From positions 1,536 to 65,535 of the forward strand of contig CAJXVC010000013.1 of assembly GCA_913060975.1 (NCBI GenBank): a DNA stretch of 64,000 nt, in the 5' to 3' direction. The translations under genes were made by a program, and so were the position numbers. The notes under the pieces were generated by a model. That model saw only the letters and a program-made list of their open reading frames with translations, was not told where the DNA came from and searched no databases. The DNA is from an uncultured Gammaproteobacteria bacterium. GTDB lineage: Bacteria; Pseudomonadota; Gammaproteobacteria; Pseudomonadales; Pseudohongiellaceae. This document shows positions 21,756-30,790 of the stretch, piece after piece (the stretch's first letter is position 1; each line of letters opens with the position of its first letter).

Positions 21756-22085
21756 CTAGGAGTTGGACAGTGCGGGTGGAGCACGAGACTTGGCGGGTGG
21801 CACAGCGACGAAAGGCTGTGGGGGTTGCGATTCCAAAGAGAAGGCAATGCTGGCCTGGATTTCGATATTCAGGCCAGATGATAAGAGTACTTTGCCCTTC
21901 GAGCCATGCTTGAAACAGATCTGGCAGTCGAGCTGGCTTTGCAAATTGTCGTGCGAGTGGCTCAGCTCGATACCCTGAGCCAGAAGCAGCAGTGAACCAA
22001 ACGCCAGAACACACGCCAGCAAATAACGGCGCGCTATCTGATGCCGTTTCAGGTTTCTGGTGGTACTTGCTCGACGCATCGTCAT
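21756..22085 (-). CDS. Small membrane protein with HSH and CxxC motifs (DUF2946-like, tentative)
   Basis: 109 aa with a TM helix (YLLACVLAFGSLLLLAQG) followed by SHSHDNLQSQLDCQICF. Immediately upstream of the TonB receptor on the same strand. A competing frame (21718-22089) looks less protein-like. Confidence 0.45.
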   Translation of the reverse strand: MTMRRASTTRNLKRHQIARRYLLACVLAFGSLLLLAQGIELSHSHDNLQSQLDCQICFKHGSKGKVLLSSGLNIEIQASIAFSLESQPPQPFVAVPPAKSRAPPALSNS

Positions 22086-22175
22086 CCAAAGCCAGTTTGG
22101 GTCGTAGTCAGTGATTATTAGATTGGGCGCATGGCCCCGTCAAGAGAAGATGAACCGGCTACAGGTGAAAATCTT

Positions 22176-23207
22176 TCAACTCAGCTTTTCAACAAAGGCT
22201 TCCAGAGCCTCCAATCCGACCACATCACGGGCAATCAGCTCCACTTCCTGACGCGGTACTTTGGGGAGTTTTTTATCTAGCAGTTCCAGATGCACCGCTT
22301 CCTGGGCATGACGGTCACGCAAAAAATCGGCACCTTCGGCCGGGGTACGCTTGTTCACGACCAGGCATTCAACCTGAATGCCTGAATGAGCCAGTTTCTC
22401 ATGTAGCTCGATAGTTTCGAGCACCGGCAGGCGTTCGGCAGCCAGCACGATGACAAAAGAAGTGAGATCGGTATTGGCCAGTGTATCGCGCAGATCGGAA
22501 AACTTACGACGCCGGCGCAGCAGTATTTGGCGAATCTTGCTTTCTTTTTGCTTCTCTTCGTCCTGCTCACCACCAAAGGTTTTGTCTTCCATGGAGCTAT
22601 CCCGGCCCAGTTCGCGAACGAACTCGGCGAAACGGTCGGCTTTCTCGCGCTGCTTGATCAAGCCTTCGGTCCAGGCCGACATCATTTCCGGCAACACCAT
22701 CAAGCGTGCCGTATGCCCGGAAGGCGCCGTATCGAACACAATCAGGTCATAGTCATTCAGACCAGTCTCCACGACTTCGGCAATACGCTCAAGAATCGCT
22801 GCCTCTTGCATACCGGGGGCGTCCCGGGACAGGGTCATATGCTTGTCGATCTCTTTATGCTGAGTCACCGGCATGAGCTGATGCAGCGCCGACGTGACTT
22901 CTTTTAGATGCATGTCGACGGTTTCTTCCGGGTCCAGCTCCAGCGCGTCCAGACCGGCCGTAATGCGCACTGGCCTTGAGCCAATCTTGCGGTCAAACAA
23001 ATGACCGAGGTTATGGGCAGGATCCGTAGAAACCAGCAGCACTTTGGCTCCTTCATTGGCACGCGCCAGCGCAGTTGCCGCAGACACAGTGGTCTTGCCG
23101 ACGCCACCTTTGCCACCGAAGAAGAGAATCTTGCGTTGTCGAGCCAGGTCTAACAGCAACTGATGTGATCCAGCGGTGAGCGCTCCATGCCCATGCGAGT
23201 GTGCCAC
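22176..23207 (-). CDS. ArsA/GET3-family (SIMIBI) ATPase
   Basis: Deviant Walker A FFGGKGGVGKTT, STDPAHNLGHLF and DTAPSGHT. The start is ambiguous. GTG 23207 gives an N-terminal MAHSHGHG and a 58-nt overlap with the upstream gene. TTG 23159 gives a 10-nt overlap. Confidence 0.8.
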   Translation of the reverse strand: MAHSHGHGALTAGSHQLLLDLARQRKILFFGGKGGVGKTTVSAATALARANEGAKVLLVSTDPAHNLGHLFDRKIGSRPVRITAGLDALELDPEETVDMHLKEVTSALHQLMPVTQHKEIDKHMTLSRDAPGMQEAAILERIAEVVETGLNDYDLIVFDTAPSGHTARLMVLPEMMSAWTEGLIKQREKADRFAEFVRELGRDSSMEDKTFGGEQDEEKQKESKIRQILLRRRRKFSDLRDTLANTDLTSFVIVLAAERLPVLETIELHEKLAHSGIQVECLVVNKRTPAEGADFLRDRHAQEAVHLELLDKKLPKVPRQEVELIARDVVGLEALEAFVEKLS

Positions 23208-23467
23208 TCGTGGAAGCGATCATAGATTAGGGGAAGCATTTCCAGCGTGTAGTACGCGGCCGGGTTGGGGACACCCAGACTGTCAGCAAAAATCAGCAGC
23301 ATGAACAAATCCTCTTCGTCACGTTGCGCACGGGCAAAACTACGACGATACGGCGTGACATAAAAGTCGTAGAGGCCCTGCTCAATGCGAGCCAGAAAAC
23401 TCTTATTCGGCTTGCCGTTCGCTTTACCGTCGCCGGACTTGCTGAGCTTGTTGGATTTGTCTGACAT
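23150..23467 (-). CDS. Small protein ending in Cys-Cys-stop (resembles the family PGAP names cory-CC-star protein, from memory)
   Basis: 105 aa with a basic N-terminus, a conserved-looking core (LYDFYVTPYRRSFARAQRDEEDLFMLLIFADSLGVPNP) and the C-terminus HEWHTRMGMERSPLDHISCC*. Overlaps the ArsA-like gene out of frame. Confidence 0.55.
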   Translation of the reverse strand: MSDKSNKLSKSGDGKANGKPNKSFLARIEQGLYDFYVTPYRRSFARAQRDEEDLFMLLIFADSLGVPNPAAYYTLEMLPLIYDRFHEWHTRMGMERSPLDHISCC

Positions 23468-23518
23468 GACTATTGGCTAATTCGAGCCTGATTAAGTAGC
23501 TATAATAACAAACAATGC

Positions 23519-23869
23519 TTAACTTTTCGTGCCTTGTCGGGCCGATGCGCGTTTCGATTCAGCCCGTTGCAAGCGTGCCTGTTTGGGATCAATCGTCAAC
23601 GGCCGGTAGATCTCGACTCGGTCACCAGCCTTGAGCGCATAATCTTTTGGCAGCGGGCGCGTCTTGCCGTCCAGGTGCTTGGCAAAAATCCCCATGGCAT
23701 TGGCGTCGGGATCAATATCCGGGAATTCACTCACAATGCCTGACTGGACGACGGCTTCATAGGCAGACGTGCCCGGCTTGACCTGCAGACTGATGATGCG
23801 CTGTTTGTCTGGCAGCGCATAGGCCACCTCGACACTGATCAGCTTATTTGCAGGCGCCGCAGTACTCAT
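23519..23869 (-). CDS. rnfH: RnfH-family ubiquitin-fold protein
   Basis: 116 aa. ISVEVAYALPDKQRIISLQV...GDRVEIYRPLTIDPKQARLQRA is typical RnfH/UPF0125. Conserved next to ratA/smpB. Confidence 0.8.
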   Translation of the reverse strand: MSTAAPANKLISVEVAYALPDKQRIISLQVKPGTSAYEAVVQSGIVSEFPDIDPDANAMGIFAKHLDGKTRPLPKDYALKAGDRVEIYRPLTIDPKQARLQRAESKRASARQGTKS

Positions 23870-23896
23870 CTGTTGCTACTTTTGTTCAATACGCTG

Positions 23897-24328
23897 TTAT
23901 TGATATACATCGCGCGCTCTGGCCACCATGGCATCGACCTGACCTGAGGCCGAGGCTGACACCAGTTTCTCGGCCGCCAAGCCAATGAGCCCGCCAGCCA
24001 TTTCGAACTGCATCTCGAGGGTCACTTTACAGGCACCTTCGGAAAGAGGCGTAAACTGCCAACACGCGGTAAAACTGGAGAAGTTACCTTCGACCAGACT
24101 CATGCGGATAGTATTCGGGCGGTCGAGTTCATTGCGCGTTGTGAAGCGTTGTTTGATACCCGCCTTGCCCAGACACAACTCGCCGACCATTTCGGTGTCA
24201 GTCTGCGAAACGATTTTGGCTTCCGTACAGCCAGGCAGGAACTGCGGGTACTGCTCGATGTCGTTGACGAGATCGAACATCTGTTCCGCCGAGTACGTAA
24301 CCAGAGCACTGCGATTAATCACGGTCAT
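23897..24328 (-). CDS. ratA: SRPBCC-fold RatA/Coq10-like protein
   Basis: 143 aa. The N-terminus VTYSAEQMFDLVNDIEQYPQFLPGC is characteristic. Synteny with rnfH and smpB. Confidence 0.8.
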   Translation of the reverse strand: MTVINRSALVTYSAEQMFDLVNDIEQYPQFLPGCTEAKIVSQTDTEMVGELCLGKAGIKQRFTTRNELDRPNTIRMSLVEGNFSSFTACWQFTPLSEGACKVTLEMQFEMAGGLIGLAAEKLVSASASGQVDAMVARARDVYQ

Positions 24329-24349
24329 GAGTGAAGCTACTACGGCCCG

Positions 24350-25753
24350 TCAAGCGAAATAGATTTGCGACACTGTGCTGATAAAGACAATCAGCAGTAC
24401 CGCGGGAATAACTGTGCCAAGTGAGAAGTTAATATACTTCTCCAGCCAGGAACCTTCGAAATTCGGATCGCCGACTACCAGTTCGGATTTCAAGCCACTC
24501 ACTTTCCAGCGATGCGCACAGAAGACGCAGACAATGAATCCGACCAAAGGCAAAATCGTTTCGTAAAACACATCCGATATCAGATCAAAGAACGATTTGC
24601 TGACTCCGCCATAACTGGTGAAATTGGTAAAGAAGTCGGAGATGCCGAGCGACATAGTGGCAGGCACTGCAAACACAGTCAGTAGCACGGCCTGAATAGC
24701 CACTGCTTTCTTACGAGAGATCTTGAACTCGTCCATCCAACAACAAATTGGAATCTCAATTATTGATACCAGCGATGTCAGTGCCGCGAAGAAGACAAGC
24801 ACAAAGAACACCGAGGCAACAATGCTGGCGCCGGTATAGCCCACCGCTAATTCCATGGACAGGAAAATCTTCGGCAAGAAGCTGAAAATCAATCCCACAC
24901 TGCTAGTCGACAGATCGTCGGTATTGGTATTGGGGTCAAAAGCAAAGATCGCAGGCAGGATTAACAAGCCAGCGAAGAATGCGATTGAAGTATCGGCGAT
25001 CGCTACCATTCGAGTCGACGCCGGGATATTGTCTTCGCGAGAAAAATAAGACCCATAGGTAATCAAGATGCCCATACCCAATGACAGCGAGAAAAACGCC
25101 TGACTAAGGGCGCCATTTATCACAGACAGATCGATACGACTGAAATCGGGTACCAGGTAATAGCTGACGCCAACACTGGCATTGTCCAAGGTCAGCACGA
25201 AGATAGTCAGCAGAATCAACATGACGGCCAGCGTCGGCATCAGGACACGCGCCAGTCGTTCAATACCACCTTTCACGCCACCTAGTAGAATGAGGAAGAT
25301 GACAGCCAGCAAGGCGATGAGATAGCCGAATAACGAGGGGCTGGAGACGATCCCGCCAAACGTCGTATCATCGGCGAGACCGCGCAGGTTACCAGTGAAC
25401 ACCTCTTTGATGTACACCACCAACCAGACCGTGATCACCGTATAGAACACCGCGATCATAAAAGGTGTCAGGATGGCCAGCATACCGGCCAGGCGCCAGC
25501 GCTTGTCGCCCCCGGATAATTCGGAGAATGCGCCAACCGGATTACGATTGGTGGCCCGCCCCATGGATATCTCCGCCATCATTACCGGATAGCAGATGAA
25601 CGCCACGAAGAACAAATAGATGAATAAAAAGGCGGCGCCGCCATTTTTGGACGCCATCACCGGGAACGCAACCAGGTTGCCAAGGCCAACTGCGGATCCG
25701 GCAGCAGCAAGAATAAACCCTAATCTCGAACTGAACTGCCCTCGTTCCTGCAA
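24350..25753 (-). CDS. Sodium-dependent transporter, SNF (neurotransmitter:sodium symporter) family
   Basis: 467 aa, about 11-12 TM helices. The N-terminal RGQFSSRLGFILAAAGSAVGLGNLVAFP is an SNF signature. Confidence 0.8.
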   Translation of the reverse strand: MQERGQFSSRLGFILAAAGSAVGLGNLVAFPVMASKNGGAAFLFIYLFFVAFICYPVMMAEISMGRATNRNPVGAFSELSGGDKRWRLAGMLAILTPFMIAVFYTVITVWLVVYIKEVFTGNLRGLADDTTFGGIVSSPSLFGYLIALLAVIFLILLGGVKGGIERLARVLMPTLAVMLILLTIFVLTLDNASVGVSYYLVPDFSRIDLSVINGALSQAFFSLSLGMGILITYGSYFSREDNIPASTRMVAIADTSIAFFAGLLILPAIFAFDPNTNTDDLSTSSVGLIFSFLPKIFLSMELAVGYTGASIVASVFFVLVFFAALTSLVSIIEIPICCWMDEFKISRKKAVAIQAVLLTVFAVPATMSLGISDFFTNFTSYGGVSKSFFDLISDVFYETILPLVGFIVCVFCAHRWKVSGLKSELVVGDPNFEGSWLEKYINFSLGTVIPAVLLIVFISTVSQIYFA

Positions 25754-25918
25754 AGTAAAACTCCTTTAAAGTCAGCCTTTTAGCTTGTTGTTATGCACGG
25801 GTAGCCCGGAATTCTATCAGTGCCCCCGGGGCAGCACAACGACGAGCCACCGCGGTGAGTTCTACATAGAACGAGTTAGTTGCAGCGCTTTGCAGCGAAC
25901 ACGCTATAATCGCCGCCC

Positions 25919-26401
25919 ATGGCTAAATCTGCAAAAAAGAAAACACCGGATACTACTATTGTCGTCAACAAGAAGGCGCGACATGACTATTTTATCCAGG
26001 ACACTATTGAAGCCGGCGTGCAATTGCAGGGCTGGGAAGTCAAAGCCCTGCGCCTGAAAAAAGTGCAGCTGCTGGACAGCTATGTCCTGATCAAGAACGG
26101 CGAAGCCTACTTGCTGGGCTGCAACATCAACCCACTGGATACCGCCAGCACCCACGTCATTGCTGACCCCCAGCGTACACGCAAGCTACTGCTGCACAAA
26201 AGACAGCTGTCGCAACTGTTTGCCGCGACGCAGCAAAAAGGCGACACCTGCGTGTGCACCAAGCTGTACTGGAAAGACCACCTGGTGAAAGCCCAGATCG
26301 CGCTGGCCAAGGGTAAGCAAGCCCATGACAAGCGCGCGACTTTGAAAGAGCGCCAGTGGAATATCGACAAGCAGCGGGTTGTGCGAGAGCATAATAAGTA
26401 G
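25919..26401 (+). CDS. smpB: SsrA-binding protein
   Basis: 160 aa. [10 protein letters not shown]...[15 protein letters not shown]...LLLHKRQL is a canonical SmpB sequence. The tmRNA gene lies downstream. Confidence 0.95.
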   Translation: MAKSAKKKTPDTTIVVNKKARHDYFIQDTIEAGVQLQGWEVKALRLKKVQLLDSYVLIKNGEAYLLGCNINPLDTASTHVIADPQRTRKLLLHKRQLSQLFAATQQKGDTCVCTKLYWKDHLVKAQIALAKGKQAHDKRATLKERQWNIDKQRVVREHNK

Positions 26402-26674
26402 GAGCTGCTGCTGATCTGCCAGTAATTTACTTGTGCAAGTTATTGTTTCGCGCAGCAGAGATTGAAGTGAGCCGGGCTGTAGTGAGAATCGCCCAATTCT
26501 TTCACCTCATCTGATTCCCGGCCAAAGCGGGTGTCTGACTCGCAAACCCTTCAACTAATCCTTCGATGAACGCCACAACCAGCGGCGATAAGCTGATATC
26601 TTGCTCTGATATGCGTCTATCCGGCCCTGTAAACTTCGGTGCTGATTAGCCAATCCCTTGCTAATCGAAAAATG

Positions 26675-26683
26675 TGCTATAAT
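26675..26683 (+). promoter_or_regulatory. Extended -10 element (TGCTATAAT) of the ssrA promoter
   Basis: TGnTATAAT lies 17 nt upstream of the mature tmRNA 5' end. A possible -35 (CTTGCT) lies upstream. Confidence 0.5.
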
Positions 26684-26699
26684 TTGATTGTTCATCGAT

Positions 26700-27060
26700 G
26701 GGGGCGATTCGGATTCGACGCCGGTATCAACACCTGCGGTGCATGCCGAGAACGTAATGATTCTCGTAAATCCCTCATTACAACTTTATAGTTGCCAACG
26801 ACGACAACTACGCTCTAGCAGCCTAAAAGGCTTGCTAGCGATTGCCTCTTGGATGTCCGTAAACTTGAGTTTGCAATCGTCATATAGAACGGAATCGCCA
26901 GTGGAGCGCGCTTGACGCGAAGCGGCTAAAAAGTATCAAGCTCGCCCAAATCACCCTGCCCGTCGGGCGGATACGGGTTAACTCAATAGACGACGCTAAG
27001 CATGTAGAGCCAATGGCTGCGAACTGACGGACGGGAGTTCAACTCTCCCCGCCTCCACCA
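26700..27060 (+). ncRNA. ssrA: tmRNA (SsrA), tag peptide ANDDNYALAA
   Basis: 5' GGGGGCG pairs with 3' CGCCUCC-ACCA, including the G3:U identity pair. GGAUUCGACG motif near the 5' end. Tag reading frame GCC AAC GAC GAC AAC TAC GCT CTA GCA GCC TAA at 26794-26826. T-arm GGGAGTTCAACTCTCCC. Confidence 0.97.
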
Positions 27061-27073
27061 AATTAAAAAGGGC
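27036..27073. repeat. Left copy of the island-flanking direct repeat (tmRNA 3' end, att-like)
   Basis: AGTTCAACTCTCCCCGCCTCCAC(CA)AATTAAAAAGGGC recurs at 32104-32140 as AGTTCAATTCTCCCCAGCTCCACAAAATAAAAAAGGC. The first 23 nt are 20/23 identical. Confidence 0.75.
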
Positions 27074-27099
27074 TACCCTATCCGGGGTAGCCCTTTTTT
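27070..27099 (+). terminator. Rho-independent terminator after ssrA
   Basis: GGGCTACCC-loop-GGGGTAGCCC followed by TTTTTT. Confidence 0.8.
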
Positions 27100-27284
27100 A
27101 TTGGTCGATTGCGAGAGTTTCGAACTCTTTAAGTCGAGTTCGTGCGAATTGCCAGGAGCAATTGGCGACGCCGGCTTACGCTGGGCATCGTGATTTAGGA
27201 CCTCGCAAGCAATTTAGACTAATATATTAATTAATCCACGAGCATTATCGCTTTCTACAGCGATCCAAGCATCAGGCTATCCAT

Positions 27285-28799
27285 TCATTCTTGGTCTTGC
27301 GACTGGAGAATCTCAAATGGAACCCGTAAATATGCGTCTTTGAGTAATTTAACAGTATCAGATGACAAGCGATGTTTGCGAGTAGCCCTATCTTCCGCAA
27401 TTGCGTCATATATACAGTGGCGGAGGTAGTTTGTCACTGCATTCTCTCCATCTAACATCTGCCAGTGCGGATGTTGTAGATTAATTACAACCGAAACTTC
27501 ATCCTCAGGTTTACTATCTGTTACGAAGTAAGGGTCGTTGACGGAAACGTGAGAATCTAGATACACGTTTATTTCTATGTCTGCAATGGTTGCTTTAAAG
27601 CTGGGTTCATGTGTTTCAGCGCTCGCAACAACACTGTCATTGGCCTCCTCGATTGCTTCATCAGGAGGAATAACATCAATCAAAGTCAACTTGTCTATGA
27701 ATTCAGGACTAGAAAGCTCTTCTTCAAGTGTTCTTACGGCTATGTCGATCTGTGGCTGAGTTGGGCCGGTATCAATCCTCCCTCTCCTAGTCTTTCGTGC
27801 GGCATCAATATAAATAGATAGCTCATCTTTTAGTCCTTGCTCAACTGCTTCTTCTTCATCCAAATGCCAATTAATTTCATCTTTCGTATGTGAAACCTCA
27901 AAATCTTCCAAATTTACCTCACCCACAAGCCTCTGGTTGATCAGATCGTTGCGGCCGCCAGCACCGAATATCGTTTCAGGACGCCAGCTATCAGGCCATC
28001 CTTTTATCAAACGCTTCCTATGTAATATAGAAAACCCGGCCTTAGACCTACTGCCATTCCGAAGAACACCGACCCATCCTTCTACAACCTTAGTTCCGTT
28101 CTCTGTTTCAACTTCAAAGATAAAACTATCCCTATATCTAGTCCCATCCGGCCTTTCGACAAAATCTGAACCTTCAAACCCTGGCCATTCAAGGGTTTCC
28201 CCGTCATACTTTAACTGCATTAATCCATTGGCAATATCTATTCGATAGATACTAGAAAGGTATTGCTTCACTTTACCTATTGTTCTTCCAGCTAACGCCC
28301 GGTTATGCCCGCTTATCTCTAGTTGAGTGTAATGGCTACCAGGGTCTTCGTTCTCAATGTTAATCGGCATAGTTAGATCACCAGACGCCACGCGATCAAC
28401 GTCTATTTCTACAGTTAGCCTCTCATTTGAGCCAAGTTTTGAAGTTCTAATAACCCACTTATTCCCAATCCAACATGCAGCTGTTTTAAGACCCAGCCCA
28501 TATCTTGAACGACCAGAGATATCTTGAGGCGGCACTCCTACTTTTAGCGCTCTCGCCAAGTCATTTTGATCCATACCCATCGCATTATCAGAAATTCGTA
28601 GAAAATCTTCATCTCTAGTGATATTTACAGAAAACACTTCAGACTCTTTGTCTAGCGCATTATCTAATGCTGCTCTGTTGTCCATATAACTTTGCGTTGA
28701 GTTATCGACAAACTCAGCCATTGCATACCACCATTTATATGACAGCCTCCTATAGTTTGAAAAATTTTGATACCCGAATTCAATAGTGACATCAGCCAT
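27285..28799 (-). CDS. GHKL (Bergerat-fold) ATPase, MORC / HATPase_c_3-like
   Basis: 504 aa. N box AEFVDNSTQSY, G1 box ISDNAMGMD and G2 box SRYGLGLKTAACWIG. About 330 aa at the C-terminus has no motif I recognise. The start overlaps the upstream gene by 8 nt. Confidence 0.75.
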   Translation of the reverse strand: MADVTIEFGYQNFSNYRRLSYKWWYAMAEFVDNSTQSYMDNRAALDNALDKESEVFSVNITRDEDFLRISDNAMGMDQNDLARALKVGVPPQDISGRSRYGLGLKTAACWIGNKWVIRTSKLGSNERLTVEIDVDRVASGDLTMPINIENEDPGSHYTQLEISGHNRALAGRTIGKVKQYLSSIYRIDIANGLMQLKYDGETLEWPGFEGSDFVERPDGTRYRDSFIFEVETENGTKVVEGWVGVLRNGSRSKAGFSILHRKRLIKGWPDSWRPETIFGAGGRNDLINQRLVGEVNLEDFEVSHTKDEINWHLDEEEAVEQGLKDELSIYIDAARKTRRGRIDTGPTQPQIDIAVRTLEEELSSPEFIDKLTLIDVIPPDEAIEEANDSVVASAETHEPSFKATIADIEINVYLDSHVSVNDPYFVTDSKPEDEVSVVINLQHPHWQMLDGENAVTNYLRHCIYDAIAEDRATRKHRLSSDTVKLLKDAYLRVPFEILQSQDQE

Positions 28800-29607
28800 T
28801 TAAATTGCCCCTTCTTCTGTGTTCCCTTTTAATAATTCTTATATCAGTTATCGAGGTAACCTCTAACAAATACTGCTTACCTTCTTCTAAATTTGGATCA
28901 GGAGATAGAAAAAGCATGGCCTCTGATTCCGTACACAGAACTTTCAAACCGTGCATTGTCCCACCATAATTGGCTTGTAGACTTGCAGAGTGCATATCTC
29001 TCAGTATTGGTGGAGGAGTTTTACAATAAAGAGAATTCAAGGTTTGATGCTTGACCAGCTTTATGGATTCTGAAGCAGGTTTAACAGGATGGTACCCATC
29101 ATGAAGCACTATGCAGTCATCAAGCTCATTGAAATAAGCCTCCAATATAGCCATCTTTACACCTATAGATCTGAGTTCCTTATGCCAGTCCGATTGATAG
29201 ACTGATGATGAATCCACAACGACTAATACTATGGGCCTTTGATAGCGCACAAGTGAAAATAGGCTTTCATAACAGTCTAACTCTAGGCGGCTGTTCAAGT
29301 ACTGAGCGTGAATATCAGAGTATTCTCCTTCAACAAAGGTTGTAACTTGAGGAATAACGTGGGAATTGAGAGAATGATGTGCTAATTCCACTTCCACGAC
29401 AAACCAGCATGACAAATCTTTCGCAACTATAGCTAGATCTGGAATATTTCTCGTCCCATTTACACCTTGAATTTCTTTTTTAAATGGGAGCACATGAAAA
29501 TCTAGTAATTTTTTCCTAAACTCGGAGAGCACTACTGCCTCGTACTGAGCCTCGCTCGAGAAACTCTTAGGCAAATATACGCGGTCATTTTTTGAAATTT
29601 GTCTCAT
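28792..29607 (-). CDS. Hypothetical protein, possible PD-(D/E)xK-like nuclease (tentative)
   Basis: 271 aa with no family I recognise. IPDLAIVAKDLSCWFVVEVELAHH has the spacing of a PD...(D/E)x(K) restriction-endonuclease core, with Glu in the Lys position. Coupled to its neighbours by 4-nt and 8-nt overlaps. Confidence 0.35.
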   Translation of the reverse strand: MRQISKNDRVYLPKSFSSEAQYEAVVLSEFRKKLLDFHVLPFKKEIQGVNGTRNIPDLAIVAKDLSCWFVVEVELAHHSLNSHVIPQVTTFVEGEYSDIHAQYLNSRLELDCYESLFSLVRYQRPIVLVVVDSSSVYQSDWHKELRSIGVKMAILEAYFNELDDCIVLHDGYHPVKPASESIKLVKHQTLNSLYCKTPPPILRDMHSASLQANYGGTMHGLKVLCTESEAMLFLSPDPNLEEGKQYLLEVTSITDIRIIKREHRRRGNLNG

Positions 29608-30770
29608 TTAATAGCGGCGGCTTTCCAAGTTGTTTCTGCCACACCAATCAGCCCTGCTTCTTCTTCTCGAAGCTGCAACTCTCGGTCTTCCCCATAGTAA
29701 AGCGTGTAGACAGTGGCATAATTTTTTCCGTTAGCCGGCCTCAAGACTCTACCTAACCGTTGAATACGCTGACGAGTACTTGTAGTCGACTGGGCAACAA
29801 TCGCGACATTCGATTCAGGAACGTTTGTGCCCTCATCAAGCGCTCGACAAGTCACAAGAACATTAGATTCGCCGCGTCTGAACATTCTTAGATTGTCACG
29901 TCTGTGCGCGCTAGACATTCGAGAATGGTATGCCACGCTAGTCATACCCTGCGACTTCAACCCAGAACAAATAGAATGCAAGGATCCAACTCTCTCGTGA
30001 AAAATAATAATTCGCTGATCTCTATGAGCTATAGCTAATCGCACTGCCCAAGCAGTTCGTGAGGCATTAGCAAACGTTTTTGCACTACGAACTTGGCTTT
30101 TCTTAGTCTCATCGCTTTCGAGCGCAATCATTGACTTCCTAGATAAATTGCTTTTATAGAACACATCGTCCGTCACAGAAATATCAATATTGACCAGATC
30201 AAAATCTACGATGACCTTATCTCTGTGCGCATCTCTATACGAATACTCGAAAATGACATTACCTAGGCTAGGGACTAGATAACTGTCGAACCCATCATCA
30301 TTCTCCCTATATGGGGTAGCGGAGAGCCCAAGCGTTGCGCTATGTGTTCCTGCTAATGATCTTGAGTTTTCTTTGGTAGCCGATCTATGACATTCATCAA
30401 CTATCAGAAAAGTCTCTTCATCTGATGCCAACCATTCACCCAAGTTTCTAGCAGTGTTCATGACAGTTACATTTATCTTAGCAGGCTGATTTGCCTTGTC
30501 CTCTCCACTAAAACATGCAATTTCTTCTTGCTGAAATTCCATTGATTCAGCGATATCCAAAGCCCATTGATCCATTAAGGCGAGTGTAGGAACCACAATA
30601 TTTACTCGCCCATTGGGAAATTGCTTTAAAAATTCCTCAATGCAGAGATACGAAAAAATAGTTTTTCCCCCACCGGTGACAACATGGGCAATTCCCGATA
30701 GGTTCTCAGCCCATCTTGATAATGCTGCCTTTTGCCATTGCCTGGGTTCTAGCCCTTTTCTTAATCGCAT
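29604..30770 (-). CDS. Superfamily-2 DEAD/DEAH-box helicase core (type III restriction Res / XPB-like)
   Basis: 388 aa. Motifs: Q-like LEPRQWQ, I VVTGGGKT, Ia VVPTLALMDQW, II LIVDECHR, III LGLSATP, V LVTCRALDEGTNVP, VI QRIQRLGRVLR. No fused nuclease or methylase domain. Confidence 0.8.
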   Translation of the reverse strand: MRLRKGLEPRQWQKAALSRWAENLSGIAHVVTGGGKTIFSYLCIEEFLKQFPNGRVNIVVPTLALMDQWALDIAESMEFQQEEIACFSGEDKANQPAKINVTVMNTARNLGEWLASDEETFLIVDECHRSATKENSRSLAGTHSATLGLSATPYRENDDGFDSYLVPSLGNVIFEYSYRDAHRDKVIVDFDLVNIDISVTDDVFYKSNLSRKSMIALESDETKKSQVRSAKTFANASRTAWAVRLAIAHRDQRIIIFHERVGSLHSICSGLKSQGMTSVAYHSRMSSAHRRDNLRMFRRGESNVLVTCRALDEGTNVPESNVAIVAQSTTSTRQRIQRLGRVLRPANGKNYATVYTLYYGEDRELQLREEEAGLIGVAETTWKAAAIK

Positions 30771-30790
30771 AGCCTTATGGTCCTTTACTT

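Noticed and set aside
21718-22089. 123-aa alternative frame overlapping the DUF2946-like ORF
   Set aside because: It has no TM segment, signal or motif. The competing frame has a TM helix plus HSH/CxxC and fits the receptor neighbourhood. Confidence in either frame is still modest.
27113-27142. Short imperfect palindromes (GAGTTTCGAACTC, CGAACTC...GAGTTCG) just after the ssrA terminator as possible recombinase sites
   Set aside because: The stems are only 5-7 bp with mismatches, which is well within chance for this length.
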